DNA of 64,000 bases from Antedon mediterranea (lineage: Eukaryota > Animalia > Echinodermata), in the NCBI RefSeq assembly GCF_964355755.1, contig NC_092671.1, forward strand, positions 14,694,001-14,758,000. Reading direction: 5' to 3'. Below the pieces are notes generated by a model that was given only the letters and a program-made list of their open reading frames with translations, searched no databases and was not told where the DNA came from. Below, in pieces: positions 14,875 through 34,257 of this stretch. Position 1 is the stretch's first letter, and each line of letters begins with the position of its first letter. Position numbers and translations under genes: made by a program.

Positions 14875-17800
14875 TTATGTCGTTGTCGTTGGAGGCGCTG
14901 TTTCAGCAGCAATATCATCTGACAATACTTCATCTAGAATCTCGATACTACTACTGTTAGAATCCCGTAGATTAGTATCTGGGATGACTTCTATTATCTC
15001 TTTGATGGCATGTGGAAGACTCTCACAGGCACTCAATTGCAGGTAAATGCCCTCAGCCTTCTTGAGAGTGTCATCCAGATCAATCTTTGTTGATAGTCCA
15101 TTGATGTGCTATAGAAAAACATAAAACAATTGGATGGTAAAATTGACCTTTGTGCTCATATGAAGTACTCATTCTATTTGAATGGTAAATGTTAAAGATA
15201 TATTGTCCCCCTAAAAAAATATTTTTTTTAAATTTTTTTGTTGAATATGTTATTTTAATGTCACATAATAGTTATTCACTCTCACAAAAAATTGGGTCTG
15301 AAAAAAATTTATTTACCTGAGAAAAATGTAATTTAAAGCAAAAAATTGTCAAATTGTCTGGAAGACAATGAATTTTTGGGTAACTGTTTATTTGTCTTTT
15401 TATAGGTGAAATAATTTTTTCCCCCGTTTTTTTTCTTATGGAAGTGAACAACTTCATTAAAACTGCAAAATGGCCTATTAAAAGTCCGATTTTTAAAATC
15501 TTTATTTTTCATGATTTTGGGGGACAATAAATCTTTAAGTAATGTTAATTAAGCTTGCTTTTACACCAATTACATTAATTTCAAAGCAAAACCAGTTTTT
15601 TTCTGGGGTTACAGCAACACAAAGACACTTTTTTGTATTGTCGTATATTGTAAATATTATTAAATCCAAAGGCAAATTACTGGAAAAAAATGATATATAT
15701 AATAATATCACTACCATATTTGGGCACACTTTTTTGTCAAATTAGTTTGATAATGTAGACAGAGCTTGAAAGAATTCTAATGAAGACTTTGAAGTAAAAA
15801 GATGTTTACCTAGAATAAGGAGTTATTATTAGCTACCAGGATATCATTTCAAGATACAGTAGTCTAATTTATATCATAGCGGAATCGAATTATGCAGAAA
15901 ATGTGCCAAGAGCATTCTGTTTAAACAGCAACTTAATATTTCATTAACTAAAGTAAACAAGCAAAAAATAAATGCTAGGTAACAAGCTGAGGAGATAGTA
16001 CTTAAGTTACCACTAATGAATATTGTTTTTCATTTTATACGACCTCATAAAACAGCATTTAATGTTTGTGCAAGATCAATATTAGATGCCCTGTGTTTTC
16101 CTTCTATTAATAATAACAGATACCCTGGTTGTGTATTATCAATACAGTAATAAATAGAAAGCCACTCCGAGAGTGCATACCTCCGCCTACTGTAAAATTC
16201 TATTTCTCCGGTTAAAAAAAAAAAATATATATATTTGTGTGTGTCTTAATGCTGTTTGTGATTTAGGCTAATTTCACTACAAGCATGTGTATGCGAGTTT
16301 GGTGTAATGGTTATGTAACAAGCCTTTCAATTAACAATAGCTTCAGTTGACTAACAATAGAACAGCAACACGAAAATCAAACGAGTGAATTTGAAAAGAA
16401 AATAGGTTTTTTAAACTACTCGCATCAAAATATGTGCACATTAAATCAAATTATGTTTTAAAATTACAAATCACAAATTATAACTCTTGCCTCTTGTACA
16501 AAAATGAAGTTTTTTGGACAAGTAATTCTCGAGAAAATGCAATTTCAGTATACTTGTTACTTTAAGACTGCTCGCCGGCTTTTGAAAAATTCTGTCCTAT
16601 CTTTTAACACTAGCAGGTCTGAAAAGTATACTAAAAAGTGGTCCAGAATTGGGACAATGGTCCCAAAATTTAATGGAATGGTCCTTGACCACATATCTAT
16701 CTGTATATTCATTTTGGTAAAGATCTTGTAATTACTTTTTGAGTAATGCTGCTAACCAACAAACAAACAAACAAACACACGCTACCGATTACATATACCT
16801 CCTTGGCGGAGGTAAAATATAGCAATATCTAACCATGGAGGTATGAAATTAGAATTTGATACCTCTGATCTAACAGTATTAATTTGAACTAAAAAACCAT
16901 ATCAATAAATACTCTATATAATATACATAAAATATATCCAATGGCAATTACTGTAAAAATGAAAATGCTGTGGTATCTGTGGCTGGCTTTCAAATAAAAT
17001 AAGCAAAAACGGTAAAACAAACCACCAGAAAGAAGTGCAGAGCTTTTAAAAAACATTAAAGCAATTATGCAGATGGTCTTGGTCCATTAGGCACATTTTA
17101 AATGTGTAGTGATAGTACCTTAAGGATTTCATTAAATCCATAGTCGTCTTGAATCATTAAGTCTTTTTCAGTGTCTAAGATGGATAAGCACATAAGTAGG
17201 TGAAAGTTCTTGCAAGGTAAACCAGTCCACATTAGCTAAATCAAAACATAAAAATACATACTGTCAATTACATTACATTGGTTGGGAAACGTTTTTCACT
17301 ATCATTTTATTTTATTGGTTACTGTTTATATATGTCCAAATGTCTATATCATTGATAAAACTGCTGTTGTTTATGTTGTTTCAATTCTCTCTGAGAGTGA
17401 AAGGAGATTACATTTTGTTTTATATACTCTAGCTACTCTTTTACTGAATGAGCTTTTTTCAAGGTTATACTGTAACTACATAAAACATGTTATTCCACCA
17501 AGGATTACCGATATGAGGAAAGAAAGGGGGTGTAGAAAATCTAAATATATCTCTATGGGTTAATTAATTCATGTTCCAAGGTTTTATTACTTTACAAAGC
17601 AGAAATAGAATTATCCCACACTTTTGTTGGATGATAGAAACATTTTTTTTTTATTTAGTCAAGTCAAGTGGCCGAGTAGTTAAGACAGGGGTGTGACAAA
17701 CCATAGCTATACAATCGGCACAGGTTCAAGGCACTCCTCGACAATTGTTCTGTTGGTAGAACAAGTCTTCTCCGATAAGGACTTCAAATTGGAGGTCCAG

Positions 17801-20800
17801 TGTACACATCTAGCTCGTGTGCACTTTAAAGAACCCAGTAAGTCTTTCGGAAGAGTAGGGGATTACCCCAGTGTATTGGTCTATTCAGCCCCTGTCATTG
17901 TGGACAAACAGGCGCCATTTAGGGGAGTAAAAAGTTGTCCGCACCTTCAAGTCAAATTGTTCTCCCCATTAACATTTACAAATTTAATAGTAAAATAAAT
18001 GTTGATATGCTAATCAATCAAGAATAATTTTCTACTAGATGGAAAATTCAAAATTAAACAAAATAGAAATAAAATCAATATTCAATTTATTCTTATTAGA
18101 AAAAGAGATCAAATCATTTTAACAAAGAAAGGTAATACCTCCCAGTATAAACTGATATCTTCAAATGTGAACTCTCGTTTAAAACGTATAAGCAACCAAC
18201 GGAAACAAAAATACATATTACTGCATTCCTTCTTCTCTAAAAAAAACAAAAACAAAGAAACAGTGTTATTGCCTACTAGTGCAGATAATGTATGACATAT
18301 TTCTTTCAGATATAGTTGGATGAGAGATGGATAAATGTTAGGTATTAACAACATATTATTAAGCAATACAAAATATTAAGGACATACCTAAGTAAACAAA
18401 CAATTCTGGATCTAGGAATTGCAACAGTGTATTTAATTGTGTCAGTTGTTTCTTCATACCAGCTTGATCCAAATCAAAGTTACTCATCTAAACACAAAAA
18501 GATATAGATATTTAAACAAAATGTATTACAGTACTTTCTGAATACTAATAATCTAAAAATAATAACTTGTAACAAGTTGTAACCAGGTTTGCATATTGTG
18601 AAGAAAATATTTGTGGAAAAAAAAATTGATGAGAAGCCTGTTTTTTTTGTTCCGAGATGTCCAGCATGTATTGCCCTGGTATTAAACTAATCAATCATAG
18701 TAATATAGCACAACTATGCTTTCTCCTGCGATTTCCCAGTTTGAGTATGCATGTATATGAAAATGTGTAATAAATCGGGAGATCAAACCTTATTACAAAT
18801 TGATACAAGTTGTAACAATTTTTGCAGATGTGAAAAGGGTAAAAGTAGTAGTTCTGATAAAAATTACCATGACTCAAAAAGGAATATTTTGCACCATCAG
18901 AACCTTCTATATGATGCAGTGTAATGATAGATTATACTTATTGTAGTAGTATTATAGTCCATGCTATGTCATGTTAGTTGGATACAGTGCTTTTAATATC
19001 GAAATTTTATGGAAAATTGAATTAATACATGGTGGTGGTAACCCATTAATTAATGTATGGTGCTGGTAACCCATTAATTAATGCATGGTGGTGATGGTAT
19101 TATACAAATTCGAATGTAACAAGTTGCCCACCATTCCTGGTTGGTCCATAAATCCTGAGAAACACCAGAATGCATCAACCTCATCATCCATTATTTCAAG
19201 AATTGGTGACAACATATCACTCATACCTTGAACATATCCTGCAAAAAGAAAAGCATTAAACAGTGCCAACTAATTTAGTATTGGTTTCATTATAGAATAT
19301 GTTCAATTACTGATTGTTGTAGAATGCATGTGGCCAAGTGAATAAGACTTGAAGCATGTAAACTATATGCTTGATTGAATATGCACACATTTCAGTCTAG
19401 GTTCTTGATATGACAAATTCATAAACACTACAAATGCTTTATGTAATTAGTAACAAAAACTTGACCTGTGTTTATTTTTTTTTATCAAAGTTATACTTTG
19501 AACTTTTATGTCAATACCTAGATCAAAGTTGTACTGGGAGTAAGTCATTAGAATGTCGTATAACATCTCTAGATGAGGATTGTTGTCTCCTTTGTAGTAA
19601 GGATGCAGTCTATCTGTACGTAAAACGTCTTTATCTGCAAACAAAATACAATCATTTTATAGACTAAACCAAAATTGTTTTGATTATTTATGTTTTAGAA
19701 TTTTCCAAGGAAACTTCAAAAGGGTGGAGATTAGAGTATTATTTTAAACTAATTTACCAATAACATTCCTCCTTTCTCGTAAAATTCCGAAACGCTTTTC
19801 TTGATCTTCTGATATAGTCTTCCACTGTGCTTTCATACAAAAATACTCATCTCTGAAAAATAAAAATAATAGTAATACTGAATTAATGTAACATACAGTT
19901 AGGTTATCATGTGTTTTCTTAAAGTTTTCTCTCAGGTTGTTTCTCGTAGGTTGTTTATTAACTATTCAAACTGGTTCTTGTAAAACAAAATGACGACTTC
20001 AAATGAATGACTGGCATAAAATAAAAATAACTTTTTAATTCACAAACATATTTTGATTAAAATAATCATCATCTAAACAACTAAAAGAAAGAAACAAGCA
20101 TTGTACACTATATTTACTATGGTGTCATACAATACATACTCTTTCTTTTTTCTTAAAGCTTTCTTTTCTTTGGTTGTTAAATTCCAATCAAAATATCCCA
20201 ATAAGAATTTCCAAGCTTCTTTTCTTACTGAAGCACACAAACCCTGAAAGAAAAAGTACATTAAAAAAAATATGTAGTATAATATATGGCAATGGTTATA
20301 ATTTACTTTTTGAATGTACCAAAATAATGATGATTTGGGAAATGGGTGAAAATGTTTTTTTAGCTTGAAATATAGGAAAAAAATACAAGGACACGTAAGT
20401 AGTAGTTTTTAGTTACTTACACCTCTAAATATTCTTTCTTTCAGGGCATCGACATCTGTTATCCTACCGTTTGAATCCACATGACCAGCCCACTCATTTG
20501 GGGTCACTATGCCCTCTCTCTTCACATCAGGTCTTGGACCAAGCTTTCTCTATAAACAAAGACATTAGTTTATTTAGTTTATTTGGTTATTAGTTCACTG
20601 AAATGCATGAAGAAACATTATCCAGTCGAAAAGATTTATAAAACCAAATTGATCACATTTTTAATACAGGACAATTAGTTACCTCTGCTATCATTTCATA
20701 TGTTGTGTGGTTTGCTAAGGATGGTTCAATAGTCAGTCCTATCATATCTGGCATAAGCTCAGCATAATCATCAAATGGTCGTGTTTTCTGAGCAGGCTGG

Positions 20801-23448
20801 CTGCTAAGGGTGTCTCGGACAAAATTTGTCACTTTGGAGAAACCACCCATTATCGTGGAAGAATCTTTAAAAAAGTTCTGTAAATAAATAAGATTATGTA
20901 CCATTAGGAATACTTTAAAATTTATATTTTTCTGGTGAATTGGCCATAAGTGTTATTCTAACGTAGTATGTGCTGTAATTCATCACTCAGGCATTCAAAT
21001 TAACACATAGCACCAACAATTAGACACTAAACACCAATCTCACAAGCCTACCTGTACATAATTTGCTGAATGTTCACTCAACATTTGTAGTTCATCAATG
21101 GACCTGGTTAAAGCTGCTGAATTGTGAGGCAACACAGTAAATAATCGTATGTCAGTTGGACATCTATAAAAGCAACAAATGGTACCAATTAGACAGTATG
21201 TAGTATATCAACATTAATCATTTGTATATTTTGGAGTTGGCTTATACTAGAGTACAGTATTGTTTATGGCTGCTAACAAATTAAGAAGAGATTATTTAGA
21301 GAGTTACAGTAGGTTCAGTTAGGTTGGTTACCAAGGTAGGTAGGTTTAATAGGCTGATTATCCGACTCAAGATCCTGTATCTTTCAGGGATCCTGCCTTC
21401 TTCCCTTTTCCCCCAGACTCATTGTTATTTGTATATTTCTTATTTATTCAATTATTGTTATTTTGAATTGAATTTGAAGGGTTACGTAGCTGCAATAACC
21501 GCGTAAATTTCAATAAAGAATTTGGTATAAAAATAAAACAATCACTAAAAAACAATGTATGTACCTTGTTAATGTCACATATTTCTCTATCTTTTTCAAC
21601 ATCTCTGAGCTACCACCGTCATGAAAATGTAAAGCAGGCATTGCAACATTATCCTTTAGTGTAAACAGTAAATAAGCCCAGCCAAGTTCAGGTTTAGATC
21701 GTCGTATACTCTTCACATCATGCAGATCAAAAGTCATTGCATGAACATTCTTCTTACGGGCCTGGTGGACCGAGACATTTTCTGTAGAATAAAAAGCTTC
21801 ATGTTGATTTTGATAGTGACTGCCTTATTTTTCCTTAAAGAATTATAAAGAGTTTTAACTTCAAGTGGCTAAACATATAAAAATATAGCTGAATCAGTGG
21901 GGCTAGTCATTCATGATCACATTGCTCATTTCAAAACAAACGTATTTCAAAACAAAGTTTACAAACCACTAAGTTAGTGTCATATCAAGAAGAGAGTGCT
22001 TAATTTCCCTGCATCCATTTTCAAGTATCGCGATCATTACCATTTTTGTTTCCTCCAACCAGTTAACATATCGGCTATTGAAATATACTGGATATGCAGA
22101 AATGCCACAGTGAACTAAAAAGCATTGACATATTTACCTCAAAGAGTAAACACCTACTCTACCTGTTTCGTTCTTTTTGTAGCCAACTGTATTAACTACA
22201 GTCCAATCAGTTTCAGGGTGATCCTCTTCAAAGTCACATTCTGATAAAGGATGCCAATCAACAAATGCACCTTCAATCTATTGCAATTAGAAATCAACCA
22301 TATTTTATAATAGTTTCTATATAGAGTTAAACTTTAAATACATCCTTGCATATATTTCACCGTTACATACTGTATGTTCATACATTATTTGCATTCACCA
22401 TCCATGGCAGCATATATAATATATATTTCAATTACACATTGCACAATTGCCGTCTTTTGTCTTTTCACCCTTTTTATGGCCCTCATTCCATTCTAATACT
22501 TCTAGTCATTCTCCAGAATCAGGTCATTTAATTTAGATATTATCATCATTATCATCAATGTCATATTCATTCTTGTTTGAAGGTTTGCATGGCGAAATCA
22601 AATGTTGATATAAAGTTTGCGATACACCACATATATTAGTTCTAAAAAGAATTGTTGAGTTGACTCAACAGTTCTTTTCAGAACCAAGATACGTGATGTA
22701 CCACAAACTTTAGCTCCACAGTTCTTTTCAGTAACTAATATACGTGGTATACCGCAAACATTATATCAACATTCATCCTTCTTCATCAAGTTGTTGAATT
22801 ATGCTTACTCTTGATATAAGTTGAACTTTTCCTCCTAATAAAACATCATCCTTTTCAGCACCTTGTGTAGTGTGGATAAATACACTTCCTCGTTCAAAAA
22901 CAATCTGTCGTTGCATAAATTACATACAAAATTAAAATTATAAATAAAATTTAAAAATATATACAAATTATTGCGGTTCGGTTGTGTTGTGATAAAAGTT
23001 GTTCATAATAAGGTGCAGCATGACATTCCTACTAACTAGTACAGTAGTAGGTTCCTGTATATACTTAGCCTGCATTTGAGTGAGGCTAGCCGCACCAACG
23101 AGAGGCGAGATCTAGCCTACCTGCTAGCCATTTTAAAAACATTATTTGGCCTACTAGCCTAGTCTAGAAGGCCTAGCTAGCTAGCCTAACTAGGCTAGTT
23201 AGCTAGCCAGACCTTACTAATAGTCCTACCTAGGCCGGATCTCCCCTACCCTGCTAGGCCTAGGGCTAGGCCTAGTAGGGCTAGGCTAGTCATAGTTTAC
23301 TCGACAATCAAAATTGCAATAATACTTATCAAAATCATATTTAATATAACAAATGAATTACCACACTTACCTTATTTAAATCTAATTTAGGATGAGATCG
23401 TGGACTTGAATTAGAAGGTACTTTTTTACTTGAATTTTTCTTCGACAT
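14875..23448 (-). CDS. TBC1D15: TBC1 domain family member 15/17 (Rab GTPase-activating protein), 15 coding exons, ~637 aa
   Basis: Exons (minus): 23448-23371, 22904-22809, 22277-22163, 21781-21565, 21163-21052, 20877-20683, 20549-20421, 20243-20140, 19852-19758, 19634-19518, 19238-19132, 18487-18388, 18236-18139, 17235-17119, 15108-14875. All GT-AG, phases consistent, total 1914 nt. TBC motifs: RKEAWKFLLG, IDKDVLRTDR (Arg finger), GYVQGMSD (Gln finger), YFCFRWLLIRFKREF. N-terminal PALHFHDGGS and GGFSKVTNF are typical of TBC1D15/17. Confidence 0.93.
15196..15534. mobile_element. Kolobok-like MITE (copy 2)
   Basis: TTAA|AGATATATTGTCCCCC ... GGGGGACAATAAATCT|TTAA; TTAA target duplication with AG..CT termini. 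Confidence 0.8.
16154..16815 (-). mobile_element. Second Helentron-associated (HINE-like) non-autonomous family
   Basis: The minus strand begins TTACCTCCGCCAAGGAGGTA followed by (GTTT)n. It ends GGCGGAGGTA-tGCACTCtcgGAGTG-gctttCTA, i.e. subTIR plus 3' stem-loop, in T-rich flanks. Confidence 0.7.
17662..17960 (+). mobile_element. tRNA-derived SINE
   Basis: Pol III A-box TGGCCGAGTAGTTAAG (17669) and B-box GGTTCAAGGC (17723), no cloverleaf; body contains GCACTTTAAAGAACCC; related fragment at 5820. Confidence 0.7.
22603..22772. repeat. Palindromic dispersed repeat, same family as 35986-36989 (Penelope-like end)
   Basis: TGTTGATATAAAGTTTGCGATACACCAC..TTAGTTCTAAAAAGAATTGTTGAGT / ACTCAACAGTTCTTTTCAGAAC..GTACC.CAAAC; the right arm is duplicated. 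Confidence 0.7.
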
Positions 23449-23990
23449 TTTGTCAAAAATCGACACGGCTGTTTTTCCAATCCAGAAATCCGTGTGTTGT
23501 TGTTGTTTTCATAGACTGTACCATTCTAAAAGAGGGTGATGACTTATCACGTTGTATGCTGTTGAGTCACAGTCGATCACGCGGCATCATATCATCATTA
23601 ACATTAATTGGATTGATATTTCATAATTTTCTGACGGTAAAATGTATATTCTAGATGAGTTGGTGTAAAGGGATCTTGGAAAGTAAATGAAGTAAAATTA
23701 AATTAAGACAAAAATACATTTTCTCACCCACCCCCCTCCCCCTACCCCATCGCAGCCCAGCCCACACTTTTTATAATTTACTAAAAATTAAAGGGAGCCC
23801 TCATATGACTCATGACGTCACGAAATCGTAGATGTCAGCCATGTTCTGCTGATGAAAAAGAGAGTTTTGGTTTCACACAATAGTAACAATATTTCTATTT
23901 TTATTGAGGTTAATTCTGTGGGAATTCTTGTAGACTGACTTAAGTCAGTAGGACTGTTTTTATCCTTTTATCCAGTGAACAGTTAGTGCC
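23449..23990. promoter_or_regulatory. Probable bidirectional promoter shared by TBC1D15 and RAB21
   Basis: Only 542 nt separate the divergent ATGs. Contains a C-rich Sp/KLF-like tract (23728-23765) and abutting TGACTCA (23806) and TGACGTCA (23813) motifs. Confidence 0.7.
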
Positions 23991-30508
<6,518 letters not shown>

Positions 30509-33500
30509 AAATAGGACATTTATATATATGACATAAGCCAGATGTGACTCGTTTTAGCATGTTATTGGTGGGTGAAATAGGACACATATGCACCTAGTTT
30601 CAATACTCATCCAGTAAAACAATAGACCTACTTCAGAGTAAGGATAAACTACTGTTAAATATAATTAGGTCTTCACAGAATGTCAATCTATTAAAGTTAA
30701 TAAGTCATTTTTGCCACTTGATTATAGCTAAGACAAATATTTTTTTTGTTGAACAAACTGTTAAATAACTTAAAGATACATAGAGTATGAATTGTACTGT
30801 AGCTGTATTGATAATGGATAATTTTATTTATTAAGTGAAATTCCACACAACATGTTTGTAACAGTTTGATGATTCAACTAATATTTACCCAGATTTGTTA
30901 TTCAGTAATTTTGAATAATTATCTTATTAACTGATATATTGACTATGATGTAATACAAATTATTAATTAAAAAGTCGATAATTAGGATTTTCATTCAACA
31001 ATATGATAGGTTACATGTACATAACAAAGTCAGTTCACTACCAGTGTTAAGTTCAATAAGGTGTGATTTGCATTCAGAGCTACAAATTAAAAGCATTTAA
31101 TATTAAGGAACTATTCCCTCTTGCACGAAAAAGATATAATGCTACTCCAATACACTATTAATGAAATTGTGGAACTCAGTTATTAAAATTTATTAATAAA
31201 TTTATGATGGGAAATAACTACTTGAATTGCATCCGAAACATCGCAATTAAGTGATTTGTTTTCTCAGTACAGTTTACACCTTAAGATTTATATGCTTTTA
31301 GCACACTATAAAATAGTTTCATATCTCCCACGAGTTAACTAGTATGATACTCTATATAAATAATAAGAGTTATTTATTATTTATTCAGTCTGTTTAATAA
31401 GACTTTTGGTGGAAAACATGTTATATGTAAAATTCTTTTGAAAGATTATGGTGCTTGAAAAATTAAGGTGTAATTTGTTTTGGCCATGGATTGTATCATC
31501 ATCCTACTCCTTCCTCTTGTCCCTGTTTCTTTTAAAAACATAAATTAATCCTGGATTTTCGCTGGGACATTCACCATGTAAATTAACTGACAGTATCGTG
31601 CATAAGCCTTTGGTCGCCACAAACACCTTGTATACATCCTCAATTCTCTGCTAGAAAATTTTGTAATTTTTTAAATTTTCTTCTGTAAGTTATGGATACA
31701 TTTGAAATGAAAAGCTAGGTTGTACAACCTCTGCAGTATAATCTGTAAATGATTCATTTTTGTAATTTAGCATTGAATGATGTTATTAACCACATGACTT
31801 CAAAAGTGGAACATGATCTAACATATTTGTTGAGGGTGGGGAATTTTCTGGTTGATGCTGAGTTGAAGAAATTACTTCCTGGTTTAAAATATTTTTAGTT
31901 GCAATTGATTATGATTACAATAATATTGTTGATTTCATTTGGGGTGCCAGTTCATTTGGATGATATTGATTGATTTTTGAAAACTAATATTAACAGCAAT
32001 TGTTTCAAGTGATTCTGATAGATGAGTAATAGTGGCTTTGAATAAATTAATTTAAATATAGTTTTCATTATATAGGGTGGTTACTGTATAAGCATTCAAA
32101 TTAAAGTATATACTATTGATTCCTGTTGTTTATAAGTTGCTATCTAGAATTTACCAAGATCAATTCGTGGTTGTAACACCTATAAACTCTTGGTTTGAAT
32201 AATGTTGTGAATGTTTTGAATTATACACTGTGTAAATCATTCAGGCTAATGTATATCATAAAGAAAATATAAATGATCACTTTATAAACTGCATGTTAAT
32301 GAAATGATGGCCACCTAACATACCCCTCAGTGGCAGATCCAAGAATTTCAATAGGTGAGACTCGCTGTGTAAATAAAGGGCTGAAGTTAACATATGTCCT
32401 ATCTTTTGCATTGACCTTTTTTTAAATCTAGAGGAGCAGCCACCCTCCCTCCTATGTAGATGCCTATGCACCACTGATAATAGTGTGTTGGTAAGTTAAT
32501 GGCCATCATTTGTGTGAATAATCTCTCTTTCTACACAACTCTATTATGCATACTTTTAGAAACTTTATTATCATCATTATTATTATCAATTATTAATTAA
32601 GTGTATGTTGCAATATGCTAATGATAGATTACTAGTTGGAATGTTTATGTTAGTTTTTATAATTTGTAATTGTATATTTTTATTAAGATTTATGTTGTTC
32701 CTTCTAAATTCTATACCGTACCATCAAAAAATACCAAAGTATTTATCTAAAAAAAAAAGAATTAAATGGGTCAAGATTAATAAGGCTGTTGTTAGTTGAT
32801 TGAGCCTCTTTGTATTTTTACGTTGGCCTTCTTGGGATAACATGTATGCGTTTGATTACTGAATTATAAAAAAAGAAATAATTTTTTTAAGGAATATATA
32901 TTTGTTTAGTAGACATATTGTAAAAAAGTGGCCAAGTGAGTAAATATGTACTGTTTGAGCCATGCATTAAAAATGTGTATGTGGGAGTTTATATTGACTT
33001 GTATTAAAATGATAAGGGAGGTAACCAATATCATAAGGAGAATGAGTAGTGGGTATTGCTCCCTAATACTGTGCTCTGCAGTGTGTACTACTGGAGGTAA
33101 TCTTTGTTAATTTAGGCCACAGGGCTCCAGTGTGGTCACCTGCCAAATTCAGAAACTCTTGACACATCAACTACTGTAGTAAACATAATAATCTTTAAGC
33201 ATAGTAAGTTGAATGTTATATAAGTAAAATTGCTTAGATTATTTTTATATAGGTATAATAATACATAGTATCTGAAATTCTTTATATACTCATTTATAGC
33301 ATCTTGCAAAAACAAATTATTAGTTTAATTCTGTATTACTAAAACCTTACTATTACAGTAAATTGTGTGTCCTGAATACTAGCATACACAATTACTGTGA
33401 AGCCCATTAGTATACTATTATTGTATTTTTTGTATGCAAATTTAATTCATACATGCCCCTGAAACAAAAATCACTGCATGTCTGTATCTCATGTAAAATT

Positions 33501-34257
33501 TAAGTTTGTTATATTTTAAGCAAGTATTTAATCAGGAAATATACCACTCATATCTATGAAATGAGGGAAAGGTTAATATAAACTATATATTTGCAATGTT
33601 TTGGTGTGATTATTAAAATTATACACAAATTGTATATAAGATAAGGTTATAAAGATCAACAGCTTACTATTTCTAGCATTTCACTAAATAAATTGCTTTT
33701 GGCTGTGATCAATACATTTGAAGTTGCTTGTGTTTTTCAGCTGCATTAGTACAGACATCACATTTAGAGAAATGTACAGTATTGTGTGTGTAGTGCAGTC
33801 ATGGCTTTAGTGTGGGGAAGGTTACGCACACAATTTGGATTTATCTGTCTCAACAGGATGTCACTCCATCAGAGGTTTTTAAAAAACATAATTACAGTAT
33901 AGTCATTTTCTGCCTTATTCATAATAGGTTACACTAATACAAATGATGTCATGGTAGGTTACACCAATACAGTAAAAATAATAAAAGAATATATTTTTTT
34001 ATGTTGGTACACTCTCAATCTATAATGACATAATTCGTTTCACAACTGTCCATTCGACTTTTTTGAGTTTTATTGAAAATTTGATACATGTTTTATATGG
34101 CAGTAATTTGATTATAAAAATTATCCACCACAAATGTTTAATTGTCTTCCTTCCAATCAAATAAAATATTGCCATCTATATTACTTTGTGTGTGATAAAG
34201 GATAATTATCATGTATAAACCTATCTTCTGAATGTGCCGTTGGGCTATTAAGACGTT

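Noticed and set aside
17662-17740. tRNA gene
   Set aside because: A and B boxes are present but there is no acceptor stem or cloverleaf; it continues into a SINE body.
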